DNA of 60,964 nt, taken from NCBI GenBank assembly GCA_000990585.1, contig LBQD01000001.1:1-60964 (forward strand). Reading direction: 5' to 3'. The position numbers were made by a program, and so were the translations under genes. A model generated the notes under the pieces. The model worked only from the letters and a program-made list of their open reading frames with translations, was not told the origin of the DNA and searched no databases. Positions 28,336-37,222 of the stretch are shown one piece after another (position 1 is the first letter of the stretch; every line of letters begins with the position of its first letter). The stretch is from Candidatus Moranbacteria bacterium GW2011_GWE2_35_2- (GTDB lineage: Bacteria > Patescibacteriota > Minisyncoccia > Moranbacterales > UBA9337).

Positions 28336-28440
28336 TATTCCGATAACTGGTTTATGCGTACCTGCAAATTTGGCTTGGTTGTTGGATTGTGGTATGATTT
28401 CTGTATAATTAAATGTACGTATTTTGAAATTAAAAATAAT

Positions 28441-29034
28441 ATGGAATTGAAAAGGTATATTGAGATTTTTAGGAAAAATATCTGGTTTTTTTTGATGACG
28501 GTTTTCGTTTTTTTGATTGCTGGTGTGATTTATTACGTCTATACTCCGGAAAAATATGTAGCAGCAATGGATCTGAATATTACTCGTGTCGGACAAGCAG
28601 AAAACAAAGAATACGATTATGACGGATTTTATCGCTTGCAAGCCGATGAAAAATTCGCGGAAACCATTGTTTGGTGGCTCAAATCGCCGCGAATTGTAAA
28701 AGAAATATGTCGTTTGGCGGAAATTTCTCAATGTTCAGCAGTTTACGATGCAAAAAAACTGTCTTCTCAATATTTGCAGGTAAATTTTTCTGTTAAAAAT
28801 TCAGAGAATGCGGAAAAAATCGCCCGATCATTAGTGGAGGTTATCGGTAGTGAAACGTCAAATTTAAATTTGAAACAGAAAAAAGTTGATTGGTTTGAAG
28901 TTCAGGGAAATTTGCCGGATGTGCAAAAAGTGAAAATAAACTTGGAAAAATTATTGATAGGCGCTTTTCTGTTGGGATGTTTTTTTGGATTTTGGGTGGT
29001 TTTAGGCAGGCATTATTTTGACAAAAATGTATGA
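28441..29034 (+). CDS. Wzz-like chain-length determinant / polysaccharide co-polymerase (short)
   Basis: N- and C-terminal TM helices flanking a soluble domain; 'MELKRYIEIFRKNIWFF' typical start. ATG at 28441 preferred. Confidence 0.55.
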   Translation: MELKRYIEIFRKNIWFFLMTVFVFLIAGVIYYVYTPEKYVAAMDLNITRVGQAENKEYDYDGFYRLQADEKFAETIVWWLKSPRIVKEICRLAEISQCSAVYDAKKLSSQYLQVNFSVKNSENAEKIARSLVEVIGSETSNLNLKQKKVDWFEVQGNLPDVQKVKINLEKLLIGAFLLGCFFGFWVVLGRHYFDKNV

Positions 29035-30182
29035 AAATTGGCGTTGATGTGCGGTGTTTTTCGGAGGGAAAGTTCACAGGCGTGGAAGAATATGCCAAAA
29101 GATTATTGCAAGAGATTTTTCTTCGAGATAAAAAAAATAAATATATTCTCTTTTTTAATTCATGGAAAGAATCCACGATTGATTTTTCGTGGGCGATAAA
29201 GTATCCAAATGTGAAATTGAAAATTTTTCGCTTTCCGAATAAGTTGATAAATTTTCTTTTTTGGTATTTGCGTTGGCCGAAAATAGACAAAATGCTTGGA
29301 GGAGTGGATGTTTTTTTTATGCCCAATATGAATTTTTCCGCAATCTCCAAAAAAGCGAAAACTTTTTTGACAGTGCATGATCTTTCATTTGAATATTATA
29401 AGGAAACTTTTTCTGTTAAGCGTAGATTGTGGCACTGGTTTATCGATTTGCGCTCAATGGCAAGAAAAGCAAATCGTGTTATTGCAATTTCACAATCGAC
29501 GAAAGAAGATTTGAAAGTAATTTATGGAATTAAAGAAAGGCGGATGAGAAATATTCCTAGCGCGATTTCAGACAGTTTTTCCCAGATTAATCGCAATGAT
29601 TGGAAATTGATTGAAATTAAAGAAAAATATAAACTGCCGTTTAAGTTCATTCTTTTTTTGGGAACAATCGAACCGAGAAAAAATATTTCTGCGTTAGTAA
29701 GAGCATATGATCTTTTACGAGAAGAATCACGGGAAAAATTCGGAGATTATAAATTAGTAATTGCCGGATCAAAAGGATGGAAATTCGGAGAAATTTTCAG
29801 GACAATTAGAAAATCCAAATTCCGCAAAGATATTATCTTGACTGGATTTATTGATGATGACGATAAGCCGGCATTATACAATCTGGCTTCGGTTTTTGTT
29901 TATCCTTCTCTTTTTGAAGGGTTTGGCTTCCCTCCCTTAGAAGCGGCTAAATGTGGAACGCCGGTGATCGTTTCTAATAATTCTTCTTTTCCCGGAGTAA
30001 TCGGAAAAGGTGGAATTATGATTGATCCGCATAAGTCCGAAGAAATATTTTTAGCGCTTCGCGAAATCCTTTCAAGTCGCGCTTTGCAAGAGAATCTCAA
30101 ACGCCAAGGTCTTAATTATGCAATGAAATTCAGCTGGGAACAAACAGCGAAATTATTTTTAAAAATGATTAAGGAAGCATAA
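29031..30182 (+). CDS. Glycosyltransferase, GT4-type
   Basis: 'LGTIEPRKN', 'PSLFEGFGFPPLEAAKCGTPVI'. Confidence 0.88.
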   Translation: MKIGVDVRCFSEGKFTGVEEYAKRLLQEIFLRDKKNKYILFFNSWKESTIDFSWAIKYPNVKLKIFRFPNKLINFLFWYLRWPKIDKMLGGVDVFFMPNMNFSAISKKAKTFLTVHDLSFEYYKETFSVKRRLWHWFIDLRSMARKANRVIAISQSTKEDLKVIYGIKERRMRNIPSAISDSFSQINRNDWKLIEIKEKYKLPFKFILFLGTIEPRKNISALVRAYDLLREESREKFGDYKLVIAGSKGWKFGEIFRTIRKSKFRKDIILTGFIDDDDKPALYNLASVFVYPSLFEGFGFPPLEAAKCGTPVIVSNNSSFPGVIGKGGIMIDPHKSEEIFLALREILSSRALQENLKRQGLNYAMKFSWEQTAKLFLKMIKEA

Positions 30183-30194
30183 AAGAGGAAGAAT

Positions 30195-31448
30195 ATGCAA
30201 GAAATTTTGATTTCAATTAAGTTGGCGGCGCGAAATTTGCGTTCAAATATCGGCAGAACGATTTTATCTTTGACTGGAATTGTGATTGGCGTGGCGGCGG
30301 TGATAGTTGTTTTGTCGTTGGGAGCGGGACTTAAAAATTTTGTATTTGGACAGATTGAATCTTTCGGCAGTGATATTATTGAGGTTGAAGTGAAGGTTCC
30401 GAATGTTTCTAAAACATCTACGCAAAATGCCGGAGGAATTGCCGGCGGAACGGTAATAACCACGCTTAAAGCTAAAGACGCGGAGGAGATTTCCGAATTG
30501 AGCAATATTCAATCTTGGTATGCGGGAATAATCAGTCAGCAATTAGCAAGCTATCAGAGAGAAAATAAGCAGTTGATTATTTTCGGCGCTACTGCGGGAG
30601 TTTTTGAAGCGGATGAAAAAGTAGAAATTGAATCCGGAACAATATTTTCCAAAGAGGATGATGATAATCTTAAACAAGTTGTTGTTTTGGGAAGTGAAGT
30701 AAAAAAGACTTTTTTCAGGGAAGATGAAGCGGTGGGAAAGATGATAAAAATAAAAAATCAGAGTTATCGGGTCGTTGGGGTTTTGAAAGAAAGAGGGTTG
30801 GTAGGATTTTTCAATTTTGACGATATTATATATATGCCGCTTGAAACATTGCAAAAAAAGATAATGGGAATCGATCATATCCAATTTGCGATTTTCAAAC
30901 TCAAAAATACCGAGTTTACAAATATGACTGTTTCCGAGGCGACCGCGATTATGCGGGATCGGCATGATATTGATGATCCGGATGACGATGATTTTGCGGT
31001 AAGTTCGATTGAAGAATTTCGGGTTATTTTAGATAAGGTTTTTTTGATAATTAATATTTTACTCTTAGCGCTTACTTCTATTTCTTTGGTTGTTGGAGGT
31101 GTTGGGATTATGAATGTTATGTATGTTTCTATTACGGAAAGAACGGCCGAAATTGGATTGAGAAAAGCGGTAGGAGCGAAAAAATCCGATGTTTTAAAAC
31201 AGTTTCTTTTCGAGTCGATATTTTTGACTTTACTGGGAGGGATTATCGGAATAGGTTTTGGTTTAGCTCTTTCTTGGTTTGCGACTTATGCGGTTTCTCG
31301 CCTTGGGATTGTGGTTGAATTTCAAATTGAAGCGAATTCTTTGTTGATAGCGGGAATTTTCTCCTTGATAACCGGAATTGTTTTTGGATTATATCCGGCA
31401 AGAAAAGGAGCTGATTTGAGTCCGATGGAAGCACTAAGAAAAGAATGA
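30195..31448 (+). CDS. MacB/LolCE-type ABC transporter permease (FtsX-like fold), no adjacent ATPase
   Basis: N-terminal TM, large extracytoplasmic domain, C-terminal 3 TM with 'ERTAEIGLRKAVGAKKSDV' and 'PARKGADLSPMEALRKE'. Confidence 0.85.
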   Translation: MQEILISIKLAARNLRSNIGRTILSLTGIVIGVAAVIVVLSLGAGLKNFVFGQIESFGSDIIEVEVKVPNVSKTSTQNAGGIAGGTVITTLKAKDAEEISELSNIQSWYAGIISQQLASYQRENKQLIIFGATAGVFEADEKVEIESGTIFSKEDDDNLKQVVVLGSEVKKTFFREDEAVGKMIKIKNQSYRVVGVLKERGLVGFFNFDDIIYMPLETLQKKIMGIDHIQFAIFKLKNTEFTNMTVSEATAIMRDRHDIDDPDDDDFAVSSIEEFRVILDKVFLIINILLLALTSISLVVGGVGIMNVMYVSITERTAEIGLRKAVGAKKSDVLKQFLFESIFLTLLGGIIGIGFGLALSWFATYAVSRLGIVVEFQIEANSLLIAGIFSLITGIVFGLYPARKGADLSPMEALRKE

Positions 31449-31554
31449 AATAAAGATGAAATATTAATGGCACAAAAACGCAATATGTCAATATTGCACG
31501 ATATTTTCTTGATTGCTATACTAGATAAAAGAAATTTAATTTTTTAAAAAATAT

Positions 31555-31908
31555 ATGGAAACTGAAACGGAGAAAAAAAGTTTTGATGTTCGAGAGAGAG
31601 CTAAAAATTTAATAAATGATCGAAGATTCGAATTGGCACTTTTTTTGATTCTGGGATTTTTACTCGGAATAATGCTGAAGACGGAAGCTTCAAAAAAATT
31701 GACTATCGGATTCGATGATTATTTGGTGGAAGCAGTCGAAAATGAGATAAATATAAATCAAATTCAGAAAAATGCAATAGAGAAACAGAAGGCCGAGCAA
31801 GAAGAGCGAGAAAAGGCTTTGCAGGATCAACAAGAGAATGTAAATCAACAGAATCAAAAAAAGAATGTTGATGAACAAGAATGCGAAGGTGATTCATGTG
31901 AACAATAG
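31555..31908 (+). CDS. Hypothetical single-pass membrane protein with an acidic/Gln-rich tail
   Basis: One TM; low-complexity tail; no family recognised. Confidence 0.5.
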   Translation: METETEKKSFDVRERAKNLINDRRFELALFLILGFLLGIMLKTEASKKLTIGFDDYLVEAVENEININQIQKNAIEKQKAEQEEREKALQDQQENVNQQNQKKNVDEQECEGDSCEQ

Positions 31909-31959
31909 AGTATAATAGTAAAAGTTTATTCGTAATAATAAAAAATAATAAAAAATATT

Positions 31960-33054
31960 ATGGAAGAAGAAAAGATTGTAAATGAAGCTTCAATAGAAAA
32001 TTCGACTGAATTTAACCAAGCGGAAGAATCTTGCGAGTGCAAAGGAGATAAAAATAAAATTAAAAATTTAATCGCGCTTTCTATTTTGTTGGCAGGTTTG
32101 TTGATTGGAAGTCTTTTTATTGACTTTGGACAACTAATCAAGGGAGGTGGAATTTCTCAACGAGTTCTTAATGAAAAGGATGTTTTTACTCTTAATGATA
32201 AGACGTGGGTTGCGTATGAAGAGCCTATTGTTAATGTTAGGGTTATTAATGATGATTCTTGTGAAAATTGTAAGGCGGATGATTTTTTACTCCAACTTCG
32301 AAGTGCTTTGCCAACGATTTCCACTTCATCTGTGGCATTTGATTCTGAAGAGGGAAAAAAATTGATTGGAGATTTCAAAATTAAGACACTTCCTGCTTTT
32401 GTTTTTGAAAAAAATATTGAAAATACAGGACTTTTCGGACAAGCATCGGCTATTTTCAAAAAAGAAGGGGAAATGTATTCAATAGATACCGCTCAAATAG
32501 GAGTTCCAGCTGGAAAATATCTAGAACTTCCGCAGATTAAGGAAGGGGATATTGTTATTGGTTCAAAAGACACAAAAGTTACCTTGATTGAGTTTTCTGA
32601 TTTTCAATGCCCTTATTGTCAGAAATTTCAAGAGTCAGTTGATCAGGTATTGAAAGAATACGGGGATAAAATTACTTTTGTATATAAACAACTTCCTCTT
32701 GTGTCGATTCATCCCAGCGCAATGAGTGCGGCGCTGGCTTCGGAATGCGCCAATGAGCAAGGAAAGTTTTTGGAATATTCCGGAAAGCTTTTTTCCGAGC
32801 AAGCAGTTTGGAGCAAGGAAGCAGGAGTTTCGAGGTTCAAAGCTTATGCTTCTCAGCTAGGGCTTAATTCCGGTGAATTCGGAAAATGTTTGGATGAAAA
32901 GAAATATCAAGAAAAGATTGACGCAGATGTAGCAGAGGCGCAAGCTTTTGGTATTTCCGGAACCCCAGCTTTGTTTATCAATGATCAATTTCAACCAGGA
33001 GTAGTTTCTTTTGAGGCGATGAAGGAAATAATTGATGCTGAGTTAGCTAAATAA
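31960..33054 (+). CDS. Membrane-anchored DsbA-family thiol:disulfide oxidoreductase
   Basis: TM anchor; 'LIEFSDFQCPYCQKF' (CxxC), 'GISGTPALFIND'. Confidence 0.85.
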   Translation: MEEEKIVNEASIENSTEFNQAEESCECKGDKNKIKNLIALSILLAGLLIGSLFIDFGQLIKGGGISQRVLNEKDVFTLNDKTWVAYEEPIVNVRVINDDSCENCKADDFLLQLRSALPTISTSSVAFDSEEGKKLIGDFKIKTLPAFVFEKNIENTGLFGQASAIFKKEGEMYSIDTAQIGVPAGKYLELPQIKEGDIVIGSKDTKVTLIEFSDFQCPYCQKFQESVDQVLKEYGDKITFVYKQLPLVSIHPSAMSAALASECANEQGKFLEYSGKLFSEQAVWSKEAGVSRFKAYASQLGLNSGEFGKCLDEKKYQEKIDADVAEAQAFGISGTPALFINDQFQPGVVSFEAMKEIIDAELAK

Positions 33055-33111
33055 TGTAGCAAAAGAGGCGGGTATTGACTTTTAGAGTAAATAAGTTATT
33101 CTTAAGTAGCT

Positions 33112-33192
33112 ATGAAAAAAATGCAAACAACAAATTGGTTTTTCTTTTTCTTCTTTACCGGGCAAAGAAGGTCGATTTGTTTTTGCGGATAA
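33112..33192 (+). CDS. Possible 26-codon mini-ORF with six consecutive Phe codons
   Basis: ATG..TGG TTT TTC TTT TTC TTC TTT..TAA = MKKMQTTNWFFFFFFTGQRRSICFCG. No clear SD; followed by a terminator. Confidence 0.25.
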   Translation: MKKMQTTNWFFFFFFTGQRRSICFCG

Positions 33193-33215
33193 GTTCAATA
33201 CTTCTCAATAAAAAC

Positions 33216-33242
33216 AAACCGGTCTTCGGACCGGTTTTTTTG
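33216..33242 (+). terminator. Intrinsic terminator (UUCG-loop hairpin plus T7)
   Basis: accggtc-ttcg-gaccggt followed by tttttttg. Confidence 0.85.
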
Positions 33243-33289
33243 TTCTTTTTATGAATTATAGAATTTGCGCGCTTGAAAAGTATTCGTAC

Positions 33290-33370
33290 GGTTTCTCGAA
33301 AAAATATCTTTTTCTCCGGCCCTTTCGAGGGACACGGGCAGCTACGAAAAAAATATTTTTTCGGGAAACC
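33290..33370 (+). other. 81-nt extended hairpin element
   Basis: 18-nt arms ggtttctcgaaaaaatat / atattttttcgggaaacc (one G-U pair) enclosing a GC-rich insert with a ccct-ttcg-aggg hairpin. Confidence 0.6.
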
Positions 33371-33447
33371 TAGTGTCTTTTGTCGAAGTGCGTGAATTTT
33401 AGGTAATTATACGATCAGAAAAACAATGAAAAAAGGAGAATGTTACT

Positions 33448-33663
33448 ATGTCCATTTCAAAGAAGCTAAACGGGATTAGGGACGGGATTTATCCCGGAAA
33501 CGCTTCAGTGAAAGTTGTTGTTTCCGGATTTATTCGCAGGACGTTTGTTGTCGGAGAATTGTTGGTCGTCGGAAATCATCTTCGTACCGAGACGGTAGAA
33601 TTTTCGACGGAAATTAGTCGAATTACTGGCATTGAAATTTCCGGTTATGATGCGGATTTTTAG
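33448..33663 (+). CDS. Hypothetical small protein (71 aa)
   Basis: Strong SD 'aaaggag' 9 nt upstream; followed by a hairpin plus T8 (about 33683-33720). No family recognised. Confidence 0.5.
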   Translation: MSISKKLNGIRDGIYPGNASVKVVVSGFIRRTFVVGELLVVGNHLRTETVEFSTEISRITGIEISGYDADF

Positions 33664-33764
33664 CTGATATTACTCGGTAGACTCCGGTGTTCCAAATCTT
33701 TGGGATGCCGGTTTTTTTTATTTTAAAATTTTTGTGATATAATAATATTGCAAATGAAAAATTG

Positions 33765-33944
33765 ATGTTGGAAAAAATAAAAACGACAATGAATGATTTT
33801 TTAAATCAAAGAGTTTCTTCTGTTTTGGCGATATTATTGTTGATGGTTTTGAGTTTTGCAGTAGCATTATTTTCATTGTCCGCCGGAAAAAGAGCAGTAG
33901 CGGATTTTCCTCGTATTGAAATGCGCAATTCTATCGGAAAATAA
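33765..33944 (+). CDS. Hypothetical small membrane protein
   Basis: One TM helix; just upstream of the por operon; weak support. Confidence 0.35.
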   Translation: MLEKIKTTMNDFLNQRVSSVLAILLLMVLSFAVALFSLSAGKRAVADFPRIEMRNSIGK

Positions 33945-33962
33945 ATAAAGTGCGATAATTTT

Positions 33963-34535
33963 ATGAATCAGGATAAAAATATATTTGAAATAATTTTTCA
34001 CGCGCGCGCCGGGCAAGGAGCCAAGAGCGCGGCGGAGATTTTGGCGCAAGCGGCGATGAATGAAGGAAAATATATACAGGCTTTTCCTTATTACGGACCG
34101 GAAAGAAGCGGCGCGCCAACAAAAACCTATGTCCGCATATCAAACAAGGAAATTCGTACGCATGAACCAATCGTTGATCCGGATTTGTCAGTGGTACTGG
34201 ATGATACATTACTTGAAAGCACAGATGTGGCGAAAAATATTACTCGAAATGAAAATTTGATTATTAATACTAAGAAAAGCAAAGAAGATATTACGGAGGT
34301 GCTAGGCGGTTTTGATGGAAATTTGAAAATTATTGATGCAACGGATATTGCTATGAAAACCGTAGGATTGCCTGCTTCGAATTCAGTTATTTTAGGAAAG
34401 ATTATCCAGGTGATAGGAGTAGTAAAGTTGGATAGTTTGAAGGAAGAATTCAGAAAAATATTCGAGGGAAAAATTGGAAAAAAAATGACAGAAAAGAATA
34501 TTTTAGCGATTGAAAGAGGATATGATAGCCTATAG
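33963..34535 (+). CDS. porC: Pyruvate/2-oxoacid:ferredoxin oxidoreductase, gamma subunit
   Basis: 'HARAGQGAKSAAEILAQAA...GKYIQAFPYYGPERSGAP'. Confidence 0.9.
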   Translation: MNQDKNIFEIIFHARAGQGAKSAAEILAQAAMNEGKYIQAFPYYGPERSGAPTKTYVRISNKEIRTHEPIVDPDLSVVLDDTLLESTDVAKNITRNENLIINTKKSKEDITEVLGGFDGNLKIIDATDIAMKTVGLPASNSVILGKIIQVIGVVKLDSLKEEFRKIFEGKIGKKMTEKNILAIERGYDSL

Positions 34536-34599
34536 GAATAGGTAATTTCTAATTTTCAATTTCTAATTTCTAAACAATTTTAAATTTTTGAATTCTAAA

Positions 34600-34878
34600 A
34601 TGAATAAAAAACTTGTTGGGGCGACAATAGAACATGATTTATCAAAAGCGCCCAAAACTGGGAATTGGCGGAATGTGCGTCCGGAAGTGGACAAGGACAA
34701 GTGTACCGGTTGCGGTACTTGTGTTAAGTATTGTCCGGAAGCGGTGATTAATTTACGGGAAAGGCGAGATGATTCAAAATTCAAAAAGCTTGCCAAGATT
34801 GATATGGATTTTTGCAAAGGCTGTGGAGTCTGTGCGGTGGAATGCCCGTTTAAGGCGATTAAGATGGAGAAAGAGTAG
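34600..34878 (+). CDS. porD: Pyruvate:ferredoxin oxidoreductase, delta subunit (2x[4Fe-4S] ferredoxin)
   Basis: 'CTGCGTCVKYCPE' and 'CKGCGVCAVECP'. Confidence 0.9.
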   Translation: MNKKLVGATIEHDLSKAPKTGNWRNVRPEVDKDKCTGCGTCVKYCPEAVINLRERRDDSKFKKLAKIDMDFCKGCGVCAVECPFKAIKMEKE

Positions 34879-34918
34879 AGTTAGGAATTAAGAATTAGGA
34901 ATTAAGGTAGGGATTTAT

Positions 34919-36094
34919 ATGAAGGATAAAAATACAAAATCAAAAAGAATAGCGCTGACTGGTGGGGCGGCGGCTGCTGAGGCTTTGCGTCAAATCAATC
35001 CTGATGTGGCGCCGGTATATCCGATTACTCCGCAAACCCCGATTATTGAAGGATTTGCCAAATTTGAGGCGGATGGAAAAGTGGACACAGAGATTATTAC
35101 GGTTGAATCTGAGCATAGCGCTATGAGCGCGGCAATTGGCGCTAGCGCGGCGGGAGCGCGAACTATCACGGCAACCAGTTCGCAGGGATTGGCACTGATG
35201 AATGAGGTTTTGTATATTGCCAGCGGAACAAGACTCCCGATTTTGATGTTGGTTTCCGCCAGAGCGCTCAGTGCTCCAATTAATATTCACGGTGATCACA
35301 GTGATGTAATGGGCGCGCGAGACAGCGGATGGATTCAGATTTTTTCCGAAAATGCGAAAGAAGTATATGACAATACGATTATTGGGATGAAATTGGCAGA
35401 AAAGGTTGAGTTTCCGGTAATGGTGATTATGGATGGATTTACTACTTCACATAGTGTGGAGATTTTGGAAACCTTACCAGATGAAGTGGTGGAAAAATTT
35501 GTCGGGAAATTTAATCCAAGTCGCAGTCTTTTGGATTTGGATAATCCGGTAACTTTTGGGCCAGTGAGCTTGCCTGATTCATATTTTGAATTTAAAATCG
35601 AGCAAAGCAAAGCAATTTTTGATGCCAAGGATGAATATTTGAAAATAGTGAAAGATTTCGCGAGTGTTTCCGGGCGATCCTATGATATTTTTGAAAAATA
35701 TAAAACCGAAGATGCCGAACATATTATTGTTCTTATGGGATCGACTGTTGGAACTGCTAAGAATGTGGTGGATGAGTTGCGAGAGCAAGGAAAGAAAGTC
35801 GGACTTCTTAAAATAAAATTGTTCCGCCCCTTTCCATATAAGGAGGTTGCAGAAATTTTAAAAAACGCCAAGAACGTGGCGGTGATGGATCGCGCCATTT
35901 CTTTTGGTTCTGTTCCCCCTTTATATTCTGAAATAATCAATAGTGTTTTTAGCTTTCAGCTTTCAGTTTTCAGCTATGTGTATGCTTTGGGAGGACGTGA
36001 TATCTTTGCGGAAAATATTGAAAGTGTTTTTGAAGATATGATAAAAGGGGAAAAATTTGAAGGAACAAAATATTTGAATGCGAAAAATTTATGA
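34919..36094 (+). CDS. porA: Pyruvate:ferredoxin oxidoreductase, alpha subunit
   Basis: 'YPITPQTPI', 'ESEHSAMSAAIGASAAGAR', 'TSSQGLALM'. Confidence 0.92.
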   Translation: MKDKNTKSKRIALTGGAAAAEALRQINPDVAPVYPITPQTPIIEGFAKFEADGKVDTEIITVESEHSAMSAAIGASAAGARTITATSSQGLALMNEVLYIASGTRLPILMLVSARALSAPINIHGDHSDVMGARDSGWIQIFSENAKEVYDNTIIGMKLAEKVEFPVMVIMDGFTTSHSVEILETLPDEVVEKFVGKFNPSRSLLDLDNPVTFGPVSLPDSYFEFKIEQSKAIFDAKDEYLKIVKDFASVSGRSYDIFEKYKTEDAEHIIVLMGSTVGTAKNVVDELREQGKKVGLLKIKLFRPFPYKEVAEILKNAKNVAVMDRAISFGSVPPLYSEIINSVFSFQLSVFSYVYALGGRDIFAENIESVFEDMIKGEKFEGTKYLNAKNL

Positions 36095-36999
36095 ATAAAA
36101 AACTAACTGAAAAATTGGCGCCGGGGCACTCTACTTGCGCGGGATGCGGAATTCCTTCGATTGTGCGGACGGTTTTAGGGGCAACTGAAGATCCGGTGGT
36201 TGTAATAAACGCAACCGGATGCTTGGAAGTGACGACAACTCTTCATCCATACAGCGCGTGGAAGGTGCCATATATTCACAATGCTTTTGAAAATGCCGGC
36301 GCGACTGCTTCCGGAGTGGAAGCGGCGTACAAGGTTTTGAAGCGTAAGGGATTGATTAAAAAGAATGTGAAATTTGTGGCGTTTGGCGGAGATGGCGGAA
36401 CATATGATATCGGACTGCAAGCGCTTTCCGGAATGCTTGAACGCGGGCATCAAGTCTTGTATGTGGCGTATGACAACCAGGGGTATATGAACACCGGTGG
36501 ACAAAGATCGGGGGCGACTCCTATGGGGGCGAATATGGAAACTACTCCAAGCGGAAAGGAATCTTTTGGAAATCAAACTGATAGAAAAGATATTATGCAG
36601 ATTGTAGCGGCGCACCATGTCAAATATTTGGCGCAATCCAATGTAGCGTATATTGAAGATCTTGCTAAAAAAGCCAAAAAAGCTTTCGAAACAGAAGGTC
36701 CTTCTTTTTTACTTGTACTACAACCTTGCACCAATGTTTGGAAATATCCGACTTCACAATATGTACGCATTGGAAAGTTGGCAACGGAAACAAATTTTTG
36801 GCCGCTTTTTGAAATAGAAAATGGAAAATATGTTTTGAATTTAGACATAAAAAAACCAAAACCGATTGAAGATTTTTTGCAAACACAGAAAAGATTTAAG
36901 CATCTTTTTGCGCCGGAAAATGTCGAAGTCATAAAAACAATTCAGAAGAACATTGACCGAAAATGGAAGGAGCTTTTGAAGAAAACATCTAATAAATAA
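36091..36999 (+). CDS. porB: Pyruvate:ferredoxin oxidoreductase, beta (TPP-binding) subunit
   Basis: 'GHSTCAGCG', 'GGDGGTYDIGLQALSG', 'YDNQGYMNTGGQRS'. Confidence 0.92.
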   Translation: MNKKLTEKLAPGHSTCAGCGIPSIVRTVLGATEDPVVVINATGCLEVTTTLHPYSAWKVPYIHNAFENAGATASGVEAAYKVLKRKGLIKKNVKFVAFGGDGGTYDIGLQALSGMLERGHQVLYVAYDNQGYMNTGGQRSGATPMGANMETTPSGKESFGNQTDRKDIMQIVAAHHVKYLAQSNVAYIEDLAKKAKKAFETEGPSFLLVLQPCTNVWKYPTSQYVRIGKLATETNFWPLFEIENGKYVLNLDIKKPKPIEDFLQTQKRFKHLFAPENVEVIKTIQKNIDRKWKELLKKTSNK

Positions 37000-37011
37000 A
37001 ATATTTTAACG

Positions 37012-37084
37012 AGCCACCTGCCGGAATCGAACCGGCGACCTATGCGTTACGAGTGCATTGCTCTGCCAACTGAGCTAAGGTGGC
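37012..37084 (-). tRNA. tRNA-Thr (anticodon CGU)
   Basis: Reverse complement gives GCCACCT..AGCTCAGTTGGCAGAGC..ct-CGT-aa..GGTTCGATTCC..AGGTGGC cloverleaf; CCA not encoded. Confidence 0.92.
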
Positions 37085-37222
37085 TTTTTTGCTTACTACT
37101 CATACAAAGACTATTCTAATATTATTTCAATAAAATTTCAACATTTTTAAATATTGATCGCATGGGTTTGTCTTGGACGTTTTTTTGTGGCTGGAAAAAA
37201 GAAAATGTGATAAGATAGAAAT

